Shown: positions 55,286 through 64,000 of the stretch, piece after piece
Position numbering within the stretch: the stretch's first letter is position 1
Layout: the number at the start of each line of letters is the position of its first letter
Assembly: GCF_964204645.1 (NCBI RefSeq)
Contig: NC_134031.1
Location: 14,743,807-14,807,806 of the forward strand
Direction of reading: 5' to 3'
Source: Tubulanus polymorphus
Taxonomy: Eukaryota; Animalia; Nemertea
Length of the DNA: 64,000 nt
The notes under the pieces: generated by a model
The model's database searches: none
What the model was told of the DNA's origin: nothing
Seen by the model: only the letters and a program-made list of their open reading frames with translations
Program-made: the position numbers and the translations under genes

Positions 55286-56363
55286 TTATTCTTTTAATTT
55301 TACTAGATAAAATCCATTCATTAAATTTATCATCATATCCTTTATATTTCACCAAAGAATACTTTTTTCCTTTAAGAGTTTTTGTTTTCAATACCTTTTC
55401 TATTTTGTATTCTATTTCATCTGGATTTGGTACTAATGATAATTCTTGTTCATAAAAATAACCTAATATTTCTTCATCTTTTAAATCAAACAATTTATAA
55501 ACAAATGGTTTAGTTAATATTATCTTTTTAATTTTAAATATTTCTTCTGTAAAATTAGGGGTATAACCTTTATAAAATGTTTTTCGATATTTAGAAATTC
55601 TAACGTGTTGTCCTATTTTAAATTTAGGTTCTCCAAAATCATGTGTAACAAATGCTCCATATAAATTATTCCAAACTATTTCTGAATTTTCTTCTTTTCT
55701 AGCTTGTATAGGTTTCATATTTATAGAACTATGTTTAGAATTATTATAACCTTTAACTAAATCATCTAATACATCGATATATTTATATGTTTCATTAGCG
55801 GTGAAATATTTCCACATTCTAGTTTTCAATGTTTTATTAAATCTTTCTATAACAGATGCTTTTTTATCTGAATGTGTTGAAAAATATTCTACATCGTTAT
55901 CAGATAATAGTTTTTTGAAATGTTTGTTATAAAATTCCTTACCTTCATCAAATTGTATCTTATCTGGAATAGCTTCTTTAAATATAGATTTAAAAGCATT
56001 TGAAACTTCTATTCCAGTTTTATTTTTGATTGGAATTGACCATGCGTATCGACTGAATATATCTATAACATTCAGTATCCAGAAATATCCTTTGTTGTAT
56101 TCTTCTAAGTTTTTCATATCAATTAAATCAGCTTGCCATTGTTGATCGATATATGAAACCATTACTTTTCTTGTTAAATATTTTTTATCCATCTTTTTAT
56201 GAATTTGATATGTGGGTTGATTTTGTAACCATGATTTTAATTCACTATATTTTATTTTTTCTTTATCAGATTTAATTTTATTCCATAATTCTGAAACGTT
56301 AGAATATGATACTTCACTTTCTGGATTATAATATAAATCTCTTAAATATTGTTCTTTTTTCAT
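55278..56363 (-). CDS. int: Retroviral-type (RVE, DDE) integrase with C-terminal chromodomain, 361 aa
   Basis: WQADLIDM, IDIFSRYAW, IQFDEGKEF, ASVIERFNKTLK; chromodomain YKIEKVLK...LVKYKGYDDKFNEWI. Intact. Confidence 0.95.
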   Translation of the reverse strand: MKKEQYLRDLYYNPESEVSYSNVSELWNKIKSDKEKIKYSELKSWLQNQPTYQIHKKMDKKYLTRKVMVSYIDQQWQADLIDMKNLEEYNKGYFWILNVIDIFSRYAWSIPIKNKTGIEVSNAFKSIFKEAIPDKIQFDEGKEFYNKHFKKLLSDNDVEYFSTHSDKKASVIERFNKTLKTRMWKYFTANETYKYIDVLDDLVKGYNNSKHSSINMKPIQARKEENSEIVWNNLYGAFVTHDFGEPKFKIGQHVRISKYRKTFYKGYTPNFTEEIFKIKKIILTKPFVYKLFDLKDEEILGYFYEQELSLVPNPDEIEYKIEKVLKTKTLKGKKYSLVKYKGYDDKFNEWILSSKIKRINE

Positions 56364-56369
56364 CTTATT

Positions 56370-56756
56370 TTAATCCATTAATAATAATTTAGATTTAGTT
56401 TCAATGGCTTTATGATTTGACTTATTTTCTGGTATAATAGGTTTATCATCATTGGAATCATCTTTATCATCAGATTTGAATTTTGATTTATATATTACAC
56501 CGGAGAATATAATAATTGTGATTAACCAAATTGTAATATATAATTTATAATTACTTCCAGCATTAGAAGAATTAGATGGATTATTATTTGAATCAATACC
56601 ACCGTGTGGGTGCCGTACGGCATCATCAGGTGATTCATTTATATCAGTTAATTTCTTTTTCTTAGCTTTTTTTAATTCTGATGATCTTTTACCTAATTCT
56701 CTTGCCCATTTAATTTGTTTCTCGGATCTAGCCTTTTTCTTAACTCCATCACTCAT
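56370..56756 (-). CDS. Hypothetical protein, 128 aa, basic N-terminus and one TM
   Basis: LYITIWLITIIIFSGVIY; TAAATG start; overlaps its neighbour by 8 bp. Confidence 0.7.
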   Translation of the reverse strand: MSDGVKKKARSEKQIKWARELGKRSSELKKAKKKKLTDINESPDDAVRHPHGGIDSNNNPSNSSNAGSNYKLYITIWLITIIIFSGVIYKSKFKSDDKDDSNDDKPIIPENKSNHKAIETKSKLLLMD

Positions 56757-57351
56757 TTATTTTAGTTAATTTTTGTTCTGATTCATTTTCTGTTTCGATG
56801 TTTTGTTGTAGTATATCTGTTTCGTTCTTACCTGATTTATATTCCATAGGCTTGATGTTCGAAAATGTTATAACTCCAGTAGAAATCAATGTCATAACCG
56901 ATCCTAATTGAAATGAAGCATATCCAACCCATTTTTGTAATTCAGTCATAACTAAATAGTCATTTTTCAAATCATTATATAATTTATTTTCATCATCAAT
57001 TGGTATTAACTGGTTACATAACTTAGAATAACATTTGACAATACCATCTGAAATAGAATCATTTATTCTAGCTAATCTTGACTCTTCATAAATCTTAAAA
57101 TATTTTATTACTTTATCGGGTTTCATAGAGTCTAGTTCTTGAAAAGTTATTATTTTTCCTAAGAAGTCCTTAGATTTCCCGCCAGCAATTAATAATTCAA
57201 GATGATGCTTACAATATAAGTAGTATTCATAATCTATATTGTTATTAACTTGAATAGAATTAGTTACAACTGTATCTTTATTATCACTTATACCCAAATC
57301 ATCTAATGTTTTTTCAATATCAATACTATTCTTATTAGATTTCTTTGACAT
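56749..57351 (-). CDS. Polinton hypothetical protein, 200 aa
   Basis: Intact ORF, TAAATG start, first gene of the tightly packed minus-strand block. Confidence 0.75.
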   Translation of the reverse strand: MSKKSNKNSIDIEKTLDDLGISDNKDTVVTNSIQVNNNIDYEYYLYCKHHLELLIAGGKSKDFLGKIITFQELDSMKPDKVIKYFKIYEESRLARINDSISDGIVKCYSKLCNQLIPIDDENKLYNDLKNDYLVMTELQKWVGYASFQLGSVMTLISTGVITFSNIKPMEYKSGKNETDILQQNIETENESEQKLTKINE

Positions 57352-57738
57352 TTATATTAGAGAAATTTAATAAGAAAAATATTATAAGTATTCTTCAAAT
57401 GATACTAGATAGTTAAAGTTAAAGAATTCTAGTATTAGTTATTGTTTTTTAAGTATTTTTTATTTGTGATATAAAGTATTCTCTTTTGAAAAGAAAATAT
57501 TAAAAATATAATAGAAATAATAGATAGTTGAAGGTATGTAATTTTTATTATATTTTATTTAAATTAGGATTTAGATTATCTCACTACTATTGTCTATCTA
57601 TAGGAGCAGTAATTATAACTGTCCAGATAAGTCATTTCGGATTCTCGATAATAAATCCTAAAACTGAAAATAAATTCAAAGAAACGACTGGTGGAATTAC
57701 TATTTCATAAACACATATATTTATTATACAAATTTTAG

Positions 57739-58245
57739 CGATCGATAATAGAACAATGGAGAACAATAGAAATGCGGTCCAATCGGACCGGTTATTGCGC
57801 AATACACAGTTATATTTTTATTCTGTAAACTACAACATTCAAACATAGAACTGTAACCAATCAATATTGAGCAGCTGTTTCAGTCAACAACGATCAATAA
57901 TAGAACAATGGAGAACAATAGAAATGCGGTCCAATCGGACCGGTTATTGCGCAATACACAGTTATATTTTTATTCTGTAAACTACAACATTCAAACATAG
58001 AACTGTAACCAATCAATATTGAGCAGCTGTTTCAGTCAACAACGATCAATAATAGAACAATGGAGAACAATAGAAATGCGGTCCAATCGGACCGGTTATT
58101 GCGCAATACACAGTTAACAATAACAGTAAACAATCAATACAGAACAACCGCCGCCATTAACAACGATCAATAATAGAACAATGGAGAACAATAGAAAAGC
58201 GGTTCAATCGGACCGGTTATTGCGCAATACTTAGTTAACAGTAAA
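57739..58245. repeat. Internal tandem array, 152/152/121-bp units plus a partial fourth, each with palindromes
   Basis: GAACAATGGAG core at 57751, 57903, 58055 and 58176. Confidence 0.93.
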
Positions 58246-58325
58246 CAATACAATATTAAAACAGATATATACAATCGAGATTACATTTTTGATATCTATA
58301 TTACAAAGACCTTCAGTGTTATAAT

Positions 58326-59054
58326 CTATAATTTTGTCCAGAATTCTTTAATTACTGGATTGTTTCCAATCATTTCTTCAATTTCTGGTAAATGCCTTAC
58401 TACTTCACTAAATGCTAATCCTAATATTTTGAATTTTTCATATTTTATTAATCTACCTACTCTTCTCAGTTTTCTTTCAAAACCGGCACTGATATCTATG
58501 TTCTTTTTAACCCACAGTCCCCAAGAAATCCCCTCAGTTTCTTTATCAAACATTGAAAACCCTATATTTAGATAACCCCCGAAAATGATGTGGTCCCATA
58601 GGTGATTTGCTTTTCTATTTAATATGGTTTTATAACTTTTTTTTAAGATATCAGTAATTTCAGCAAATGAAATAACTTCTACACTTTGTATTTCCGGAAA
58701 GTTTAAATGTCCTGTGTCAATGATTAATTTAGATTTTAAAAACTCGTTCAACTCTTCTCCACTCATTTTCTTAGTTTTCGATTCTTTGAGCCCCAACAGC
58801 AATTTGAGTCGCGTTGCTGGTAATTTTGGTAATTTTAGTTCGCGCGGTAATTGTTTATTATGTATTACATCACTCAGAATTTTCACCATTTCTTGATGAT
58901 AGTCCAAATGTTCTTGTAATGTTTGTGAAGTTTGTTCGTCAATTACGAGAGTTTCATCCTCCATTTCTATTGATTCCTGAGTTTCACTATCCAGTAGCAA
59001 TCGTTCCTCATCCGTTGGTTGGCTTAGAATTTCTGGTTGATCTTTGTGTTCCAT
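58326..59054 (-). CDS. Hypothetical protein, 242 aa (acidic N-terminus, possible helical DNA-binding C-terminus)
   Basis: Intact ORF; ...SWGLWVKKNIDISAGFERKLRRVG... looks HTH-like (inference). Confidence 0.7.
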   Translation of the reverse strand: MEHKDQPEILSQPTDEERLLLDSETQESIEMEDETLVIDEQTSQTLQEHLDYHQEMVKILSDVIHNKQLPRELKLPKLPATRLKLLLGLKESKTKKMSGEELNEFLKSKLIIDTGHLNFPEIQSVEVISFAEITDILKKSYKTILNRKANHLWDHIIFGGYLNIGFSMFDKETEGISWGLWVKKNIDISAGFERKLRRVGRLIKYEKFKILGLAFSEVVRHLPEIEEMIGNNPVIKEFWTKL

Positions 59055-59402
59055 TTTAATCTAAAAGATATCGTGAAAATGAATTACTATACTTAAATAT
59101 GTTTAAAGGTTTCCCTACTTCATAATAACTACAAAAAACGGTACTTACATTTAGATTTAGAACTGTAAACTGTGTTTTGAGAGAGAATATCCAATACGTA
59201 CTATGTATGTGAAAGTTGATTTCTAACTGCCGACGTGGCGCACGTTCGACCAAACTAATTACTTCTGCACAGATGTTCTTTATGATGAAGTTAATTAATT
59301 CTTTAGAATTGAAAACAAGATATATTTGGCAACATATGTTTTAGTAGTAAGCAAAAGCTATGTATTATATACATACAAAGCTCAAATAGAATTGCCAGCT
59401 TT

Positions 59403-60068
59403 CTAACCACTGATCAAAACCTCAGAATGCGGTTGATTCTGTGAAATACTATTCCATAATTCAACAAATGTCTTTGCTTTATCCAGTTGATCTAAATATA
59501 ACTGTAAATCTAGTTTATTGGATTTAATAATGTTTTCCTTCTTTTCTAAAGGTCTTAGATTCTTCCAATTCCAAATAAGTTTTTTATTGTATTCATCATT
59601 CATGTCAAATTTAGAAATCGGCAACACGTGATCAATATGAAAGTATTCACCATAATTATCTATATTCATTTTATCGTTGAATTGATATATTATCCATGAT
59701 TTGAGAAATTCATCTGAACAACCCAATAGATTAGATAGTGTTTCTGAATGTGTTTCTTTGTTGAATAATTGTGTGAATCTAGATCTTAAGCATTGTTTCA
59801 ATCTAAAATTAAGATCTGCTTGATATCTTTCTCTCATGTATTCTGTCATATAATAATTATAATGTTCTATATTATCTTCTCGATATTGTTTAGTATATAG
59901 TTTAGTGCAAGTTTTACAGCAATATTGAAAACCATCTTTGCTAATCTTACGCTTACTAAATTCTGTTAATGATTTATCTAATTCACACTTAGAACACTTC
60001 TTGTAGTATATGTTTATAACGCCAGTGTTATTTGTAATATTAATAATTTGTGGTTGTTCTGGTTCCAT
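59403..60068 (-). CDS. HNH-family endonuclease with N-terminal Cys4 zinc ribbon, 221 aa
   Basis: CSKC...CKTC; LLGCS..FL; NYGEYFHIDHVLP; NLRPLEKKENIIKSNK. Confidence 0.8.
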   Translation of the reverse strand: MEPEQPQIINITNNTGVINIYYKKCSKCELDKSLTEFSKRKISKDGFQYCCKTCTKLYTKQYREDNIEHYNYYMTEYMRERYQADLNFRLKQCLRSRFTQLFNKETHSETLSNLLGCSDEFLKSWIIYQFNDKMNIDNYGEYFHIDHVLPISKFDMNDEYNKKLIWNWKNLRPLEKKENIIKSNKLDLQLYLDQLDKAKTFVELWNSISQNQPHSEVLISG

Positions 60069-60146
60069 TTATTATACGTATTTTTTTACTAAATTGGTTA
60101 ATAATTTATAATCCTCTTCCATTTCTTCGGCCAACGTCATCCTTTT

Positions 60147-60398
60147 TCATTCCTCGCTGCTTTTGATAAGTTCTTTCGATTCCTTGATAATAAATTCCTC
60201 AACGTATTGTTCATTATTTGGATCATTATTCCATAATTCAATAAATTTCTTTCCCTTTGTTAACTGTTCTGAATATAACTGTAAATATTCTAGTTTCAAT
60301 TTATTCTCTAAATGTGTTATAGTTTTATTGTGTCTTGCTTTTTGGGATTTATCTATATCGATATTACATGTTGGGCAGTAGTACTTATTTGCTTCCAT
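60147..60398 (-). CDS. Chimeric 83-aa ORF: pPolB N-terminal zinc finger (from TIR) fused to an HNH-paralogue tail
   Basis: First 38 aa identical to pPolB; then LQLYSEQLTKGKKFIELWN, versus LQLYLDQLDKAKTFVELWN in the 221-aa HNH ORF. Confidence 0.6.
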   Translation of the reverse strand: MEANKYYCPTCNIDIDKSQKARHNKTITHLENKLKLEYLQLYSEQLTKGKKFIELWNNDPNNEQYVEEFIIKESKELIKSSEE

Positions 60399-60887
60399 TT
60401 TAATACTATATTTTTTTATTAAAATTGATTTTAGAAGTTCAATGATTTAAATGTTATTCATATATATATGAATATTTTAAGAGTAATAGGGGTTTAGTTG
60501 TTTCAGGTTAAAGGTTGAATGGTCGAGTTCATTAATAACATATATTAAAAGTAATTAAAAAACTATAATATATTTTCATAACCGCGTGCATTTCAGTTGA
60601 ATAATAGAATAATTATTATCATTTGAATATATTTGATTATTTGAATTTGTGTATTGTAATTAAATCAATTGGTCGCGGAGCGGAGCGGTGGCGAAGCGGA
60701 GCGACCAATTGATTTAATACAATATGCTTTTTATATTATTGATATCTTAGAATAAATACTTAGTTTTGATATAAAATGCACGCGGTTATGAAAATATATT
60801 ATAGTTTTTTAATTACTTTTAATATTTTGTTTTTTAATGGGCTCGACCGTTCGACCTTTGATCTGAAACAACTAAACCCCTATTACT
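60285..60887 (-). repeat. Right terminal inverted repeat (603 bp)
   Basis: Inverted copy of 42298-42899. Confidence 0.95.
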
Positions 60888-61002
60888 CATGTCACCTGAG
60901 AATCTCAGGGTAAATCTCGAATTATTCTACGGATTGACAACTATCGGCGGAATGGTAACCTCCCCGGTTGACCTTACGTCTTTTACCATTCCGATCGGTC
61001 CA

Positions 61003-61186
61003 TCAGGTTGTACTCAATAACAGCGAAACGTTGGTTCCGATCACGACTGGTTCCCTTTTACTATACTCCGTATCCGCTACGATTGGTACCATGATGGCCA
61101 CCACAGCTTCGACTTCCATCGTCATCTTGAGTTCAGCACATCCGTGTGGTAAGTACTTTCCGCGTGCCGTTTTTACATTAAGAAAC
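61003..61186 (-). mobile_element. Degenerate Gypsy-like LTR retrotransposon protease fragment
   Basis: Minus-strand reading FLNVKTARGKYLPHGCAEL...IVADTEYSKREPVVIGTNV resembles the C-terminal half of Gypsy aspartic proteases; stops follow. Confidence 0.45.
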
Positions 61187-62903
61187 CGGAAAAATTACAG
61201 AATCTGAAAGAGACTTGAAAAGACTGATCGCAATTTGAGGCATTTGAGCTAAATTCTTGATGAATAAAATTCGAATTTAGATTTTGTATAAAGTGGGTTT
61301 TAAACTAATTATCCATTCTCAACGTCAGATTCAGCGGACTATTGAATCACAACATCAGTTCTATCATATTTGCCCGTACCTAGGGAGGGGTGTTCAGGGG
61401 TAGCGAACGAATCCCCTAAAATTTTCAAAGCGCCCTTCAAAAAGTCAGTGTACAAAATTTGGGTTAAGATTTTTCGGAAATTCAAGTACAATTTTCATGG
61501 TTTTTTTGGAAAATTAAAAGTCATCCATTCTCAGATTTATTCAGGTACCCTGGCACTTCATATGTAAGATAGCAGCCTTTTTTTCAATAAGATAGTGTCC
61601 CTTTTATGGTGAAAAAGTGCCCTTTGTCTTGAAATAAAACCGTCCCTCATAAAAACTCGGCACGGGCCGGTGAATTAAGTTGTTATTGAGTCACTGGTTT
61701 TGGGTGTTAACGGGGCTAGAGCCTGTCAGTCTGCATTTCAGTGAAAACGTACACGTGTATAACCAGTCACACTATAATAGCGTCCAGGTGACCTCATAAT
61801 GACCGCAATGTGACATGATATAGCTTCGCGCCTTCGGCGTTTGCTTTAGCTAGACTGGATGACACGTGAAGGTTCAGCGTTTAATTCTCTTTCAATGCTG
61901 CCCTTACCCCGGGTCAAAGACGTATAAACTAATTTATACGCCAATGGCCAGATCTACCCCTGTCTACAAGTACATATCACTCTATAGAGCTTACAAAAAT
62001 GTGTACCGTCGAATAACCTCAGTGAATTCCTTAATTCAATCACGGTTAATAGATCCACCGAATCGAAACGTCTTTAACAAAGTACTATAATTTTAGTGTC
62101 TTCAAAAATAGTTGTTCGTTGAGTTACGGTACATGTTTTCGTAGCGTTGAGAAACGTGGAGCTGAAAGTATCTCCAGGTAAGCGATTAATACATAAACCA
62201 TAAAATCGTTATTATCCTTATCATAATTAATGTCTACTATTATTTCATTATTCATGAATTAATATCATCATAAGTGTAATTCTTATTATTGATGCACCCC
62301 CATAAAAGGGCATACCATGTAAATGAAAGAAAGCTGATCGGGAAACATTAACTCGCGGTGGACAAGCTTATAAATTTAAACTTTTTTAGGCATGAGTTTA
62401 ATATTTTTCATTTCTGCGTAGAATTTCAGGGTTACTTGACATTCTATACGCACTCCTCCTGGATCGGCCCCCGTAACATTCGAAGTATGCCCCGGTTTTT
62501 ACAACCTTCGTAGCTTGATAGAAATCGAACCACACTCGAAACATATCAAGTCGAAAAGTTTGTAGTTTCTGTGCTAAGAAAAACATCAGTGGTTTCCACA
62601 CGGGGGTTTTTGTTCGGTTATTATTTATTCCACGTAGTTTTACTCGTGTTTGTCTTGTGTTAACCTGTGTAGAATTTGATGAAATTCAAACGAAACTTAA
62701 TTGCTCGTACTTTATTTTTGAGCACTTGATTTGATTTCTTTTTTTTATTTTTTTTTTTATTTTTATTTTATGAACTGATGAGATGGGATTTTGTATGTTT
62801 CGCAATTGTTGTTATTCAATTATAATCAAATGATGTATTTTCATTCGTAGGCGAACCTGTTGCGGTTATTTTACCAGGGAATCGATCGAGGTTGTATTAA
62901 GGA

Positions 62904-63744
62904 ATGGGGATACGGCAGACGATCGACAAACTTCCGTTCCTGCGGAAATTATCGTTTAGCGTTGGTCACGTTATGAACGACCTGTGCGCGTCGATATGGT
63001 TCAGCTATTCGCTCGTTTACTATCGCAATGTCGCCCAGTTCTCAAACTACATGGCCGGATATATGATGTTACTCGGACAAATCGCGGACGCTATTGCCAC
63101 TCCGCTCGTCGGCTACGAGGCTGATCATACGGAAAAGGGATTTTGTGGCTATTCAAAACGGAAATCTTGGCATCTCGTGGGTAAATATATTGAAGCAGTC
63201 CTTGCGCATCCAGGGTTTGATGACCATCCGCCGAACTTTGGTGGGCGTTTATCAAACCATGGCAAGTGACAATATACATTACCCTATATTCATCTACCTT
63301 TAAGCCACCATCACGCGGCGACGATATGTCCCGGGCCTAATTGGCGCGGATCATGCCAAGTATGAGTTGTTTTACGCACTTCATTGACAATTTACATCAT
63401 AATCATTATCATTGCATCATAAAAAATCGTTTTTTGACTCTAGGCAATTTTTCTTTTCAACACATGATCCTTCGGGGAATCGCAAATTCTTGGATTAAAC
63501 TTTGATTATTTTGCAACTTGGTTGTTTTTTTCTTAGGGACGCTGTGCGTAGCCCTGAGTTTTCCGTTCATCTACAATCTGTGTATCACGTGCGAAAACGC
63601 GCCCGATTGGTCGCAGTTTATCTATTACGCTCCGTTCGTCGTGATATTCCAGTTCGGTTGGGCGACGACTCAAATATCGTTTCTTTCTCTTATTCCGGTC
63701 CTCACTCCGTATGAAGACGAACGCGTAGAACTGAATGCTATGAG
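62904..63744 (+). CDS. MFSD12: MFSD12-like MFS transporter, first two coding exons (gene continues beyond the window)
   Basis: Exon 62904-63180 (FSVGHVMNDLCASIWFSY...LLGQIADAIATPLVGYEAD...KRKSWHLVG|gt) and exon 63537-63744 (GTLCVALSFPFIY...YYAPFVVIFQFGWATTQISFLSLIP...ERVELNAMR|gt). Confidence 0.92.
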
Positions 63745-64000
63745 GTTTGTATAACGGTTTGTCAGTGTTCCCCGGTGGGTATTACTACCTATAGGTATAA
63801 ATTTGACTAACCGCGTATTTCACATGCGTCATCCTCGCTTGCCAGGGGTCCGGTCTCGCTCCCGAACTCGCTTCCACCAGCCCCCTGGCCTCACGAAGCC
63901 TGATTTCATTACTGGCGCTGTTGCGCATGACGATATGTGCGTTGCCCCTGTTGCCATGTATGGTTGCGAGGTTAGGGGATACGAAAATTTAGACTTATTA

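Larger units (their letters stand above)
42298..60887. mobile_element. Full-length Polinton/Maverick (adintovirus-like endogenous dsDNA virus), 18,590 bp
   Basis: 5'-AGTAATAGGGG...CCCCTATTACT-3' termini; TSD CATGTC at 42292-42297 and 60888-60893; long TIRs; pPolB, RVE integrase, packaging ATPase and two capsid genes; abrupt shift to very AT-rich, intronless, gene-dense DNA. Confidence 0.97.

Noticed and set aside
56363-56370. ATAAG baculovirus-type late promoter before the integrase
   Set aside because: Single occurrence in AT-rich DNA; not shared by other genes.
57739-58245. CRISPR-like appearance (palindromic repeat with spacers)
   Set aside because: The long spacers are identical copies, units are 121-152 bp, there are no cas genes and the context is eukaryotic.
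42298-60887. Bacterial or phage contamination, or misassembly, as the source of the AT-rich block
   Set aside because: Precise 6-bp TSD, TIRs and the Polinton gene set show a genuine integrase-mediated insertion.

Overview
Eukaryotic (invertebrate animal-like) genomic DNA, with spliceosomal introns and many microsatellites. 1-22 kb is repeat-rich and has no convincing coding sequence. Three host genes can be read exon by exon: a CCN-family matricellular gene (+, IGFBP-VWC-TSP1-CT exons, ~25.8-31.7 kb), a 13-exon CD36/SCARB (LIMP-2-like) scavenger receptor (-, 33.5-41.1 kb, with a frameshift in exon 8) and the 5' part of MFSD12 (+, from 62.9 kb). The main feature is a complete, very AT-rich 18,590-bp Polinton/Maverick (adintovirus-like) endogenous virus at 42298-60887. 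It has a 6-bp TSD (CATGTC), ~602-bp almost identical TIRs, pPolB, penton, major capsid, packaging ATPase, chromodomain RVE integrase and an HNH nuclease, but no recognisable maturation protease. Two properties stand out. (1) The outer 406 bp of each TIR is itself an imperfect palindrome; all six transition mismatches in its outer stem form G-T wobbles on the 3'-terminal strand, as expected of a self-priming terminal hairpin. (2) 14 of 18 ORFs start inside TAAATG, and seven consecutive genes have TAA-T7-8-N6-7-TAAATG, the architecture of poxvirus late promoters, which suggests a virophage-like element transcribed by a helper large DNA virus. All protein calls come from motif recognition by eye; no database search was run.
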